Shown in pieces: positions 61,628 to 64,000 of a DNA stretch of 64,000 nt. The position numbers were made by a program, and so were the translations under genes. Below the pieces are notes generated by a model. It did not search any database, had not been told where the DNA came from, and saw only the letters and a program-made list of their open reading frames with translations. Source of the DNA: the human T2T-CHM13v2.0 reference genome, Homo sapiens; the NCBI RefSeq assembly GCF_009914755.1, contig NC_060935.1; one strand, written 5' to 3'. The first letter of the stretch is position 1. Every line of letters starts with the position of its first letter.

Positions 61628-61786
<159 letters not shown>

Positions 61787-62156
61787 TAGTACAGACGGGA
61801 TTTCACTGTGTTAGCCAGGATGGTCTCGATCTCCTGACCTCGTGATCCGCCCGCCTCGGCCTCCTAAAGTGCTGGGATTACAGGCGTGAGCCACTGTGCC
61901 CGGCCTACTAAATAAGTAATTTTTGGAGTGATTGAAAGAATAAAGTCTAGATTCTAATGTGAAATAATTTTTTACATTCAATGGAAAATTATATTCAAAG
62001 GAAAATTCTGCACCCAGCTGGAAAATTCTCTATAAGAATGTGTTTGCAGAGTGGGGTAAAGTCTGTAAGAAGATACTAAAATAGCTGGGCGCAGGTGGCT
62101 CACGCCTGTAATCCCAGCACTTCAGGAAGCCGAGGCGGGTGGATCACCTGCAGTCA

Positions 62157-62363
<207 letters not shown>

Positions 62364-63468
62364 TCAAAAAAAAAAAAAGAAGATACTAAAATAAAAATCA
62401 AAATATTGTTCATGTGAACATGTGTAGAAAAATACTTGAGCTAAAAGATGACAGTATAAGTGGTGGTTATATTGGGACAAAGGAGAATGAAACAGAAAAT
62501 ATAGAAGAAGGGATTTGACTTGAATGTTAATTTTTAAAAGATTGTTTTGCCCTGCACTTCAAGATAAAATGTTCAGTTCTTTAAATGAGAAGCAGGCTAA
62601 GTGTGGTGGCTCATGCCTGTGATCCCAGCACTTTAGGAGACTAAGGCAGGAGCTCCTGAGCCTAGCTCAGCAGTTTAGGACCAGCCTGGGCAACATAGCG
62701 AGACCTGATACCTAACAACAATGGCAACAAAGCAAACAAAAAATTAAAAAAAAAAAAAAAATCAGAAGCAAATATGACAAATTTAGGAATATGTAACCTT
62801 TTTGTACCATTAATTAAAGTGATCCAGGTCTATAATGTAAAATGTGGAAAATTTAAAAATTTTAAAATGTGGGAAATTCTATTGCATATTCATATAAATG
62901 TATTAAATTATGATTATATAGTCTATTGTTTTATTGTATGTTCAAAGCTATTGATTTTTAACTTTTCTTTTGAAATGTAACATGTATACACAAAGGTGGT
63001 CATAAAGGTACAGTCAGTTTTCACAGACTGAGCACTCTTGTATAAAACAGCAGTCATATCAAGAAATAACATTATTACCACCTTGGACACTACCCCCAAA
63101 CTATTCATTGCAATCCGCCTGCCTTGGCCTCCCAGAGCCACCATGCCTGGACTAAACTGTTCATTTTTATTGATTTTGTATGTGTCTGGCCATTTAATGA
63201 AATGTTTCTATGGAGAAATTACTTAAAAGAGGAAACAGGTGTCACAGAGGGTATTGTTTTTGAGCTGCTGTCACCAGTGTAGGTTAAGAATGCTAGTTGG
63301 AGGGCCTGGCATGGTGCCTCGTGCCTGTAATCCCAACACTTTGGGAGGCCAAGGCGGGCAGATCACAAGGTCAGGAGTTCGAGACCAGCCTGGCCAATAT
63401 AGTGAAACCCCGTCTCTATTAAAAATACAAAAATTAGCCGGGCATGGTGGCACGTGCCTGTAGTCTCA

Positions 63469-63624
<156 letters not shown>

Positions 63625-64000
63625 TCAGACGCAATGGCTCACGCCTGTAACCCCAGTACTTTCAGAGGTCGAGGCGGGTGGATCACGAGGTCAGGAGTTC
63701 GAGACCAGCTTGGCCAATATGGTGAAACCCCGACTCTAGTAAAAATATAAAAAATTAGGGCTGGGCACAGTGGCTCACACGTGTAATCCCTGCAGTTTGG
63801 GAGACAGACGCAGGCAGATCACGAGGTCAGGAGTTCGAGACCAGCCTGGCCAATACAGTGAAACCCCGTCTCTACTAAAAAAATACAAAAATTAGCTGAG
63901 CATGGTAGCGCTAGTCCCAGCTACTCAGGAGGCTGAGGAAGGAGAATCGCTTGAACCCAGGAGGTGGAGGTTGCAGTGAGCCGAGATCACGCCACTGCAC

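Overview
Human or great-ape genomic DNA, extremely Alu-dense. I recognise it as the 5' end of IPO7 (importin-7, 11p15.4). It holds the IPO7 CpG-island promoter and exon 1 (CDS 45901-45984, [28 protein letters not shown]), then about 18 kb of intron 1; exon 2 is not in the window. The 45 kb upstream is intergenic. It contains a 5'-truncated, polyadenylated HERV-W env + U3-R retrocopy (minus strand, 8939-10769) that shares one target site with an Alu, several solo LTRs (LTR10C-, MER4A1-, LTR1-, LTR16- and MST-like), Tigger-derived DNA transposons, L1 fragments and a second, gene-less CpG island (~25230-25860) with clustered ARE/AP-1 and ETS motifs. Nearly all entries in the ORF track are Alu translations. 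Repeat subfamily names come from recalled consensus sequences and need RepeatMasker/Dfam confirmation. I did not find a demonstrably new biological system. The strongest leads are the orphan ARE-rich CpG island, the TOP + uORF + second-AUG layout of IPO7 exon 1, and the repeated reuse of single L1 target sites.
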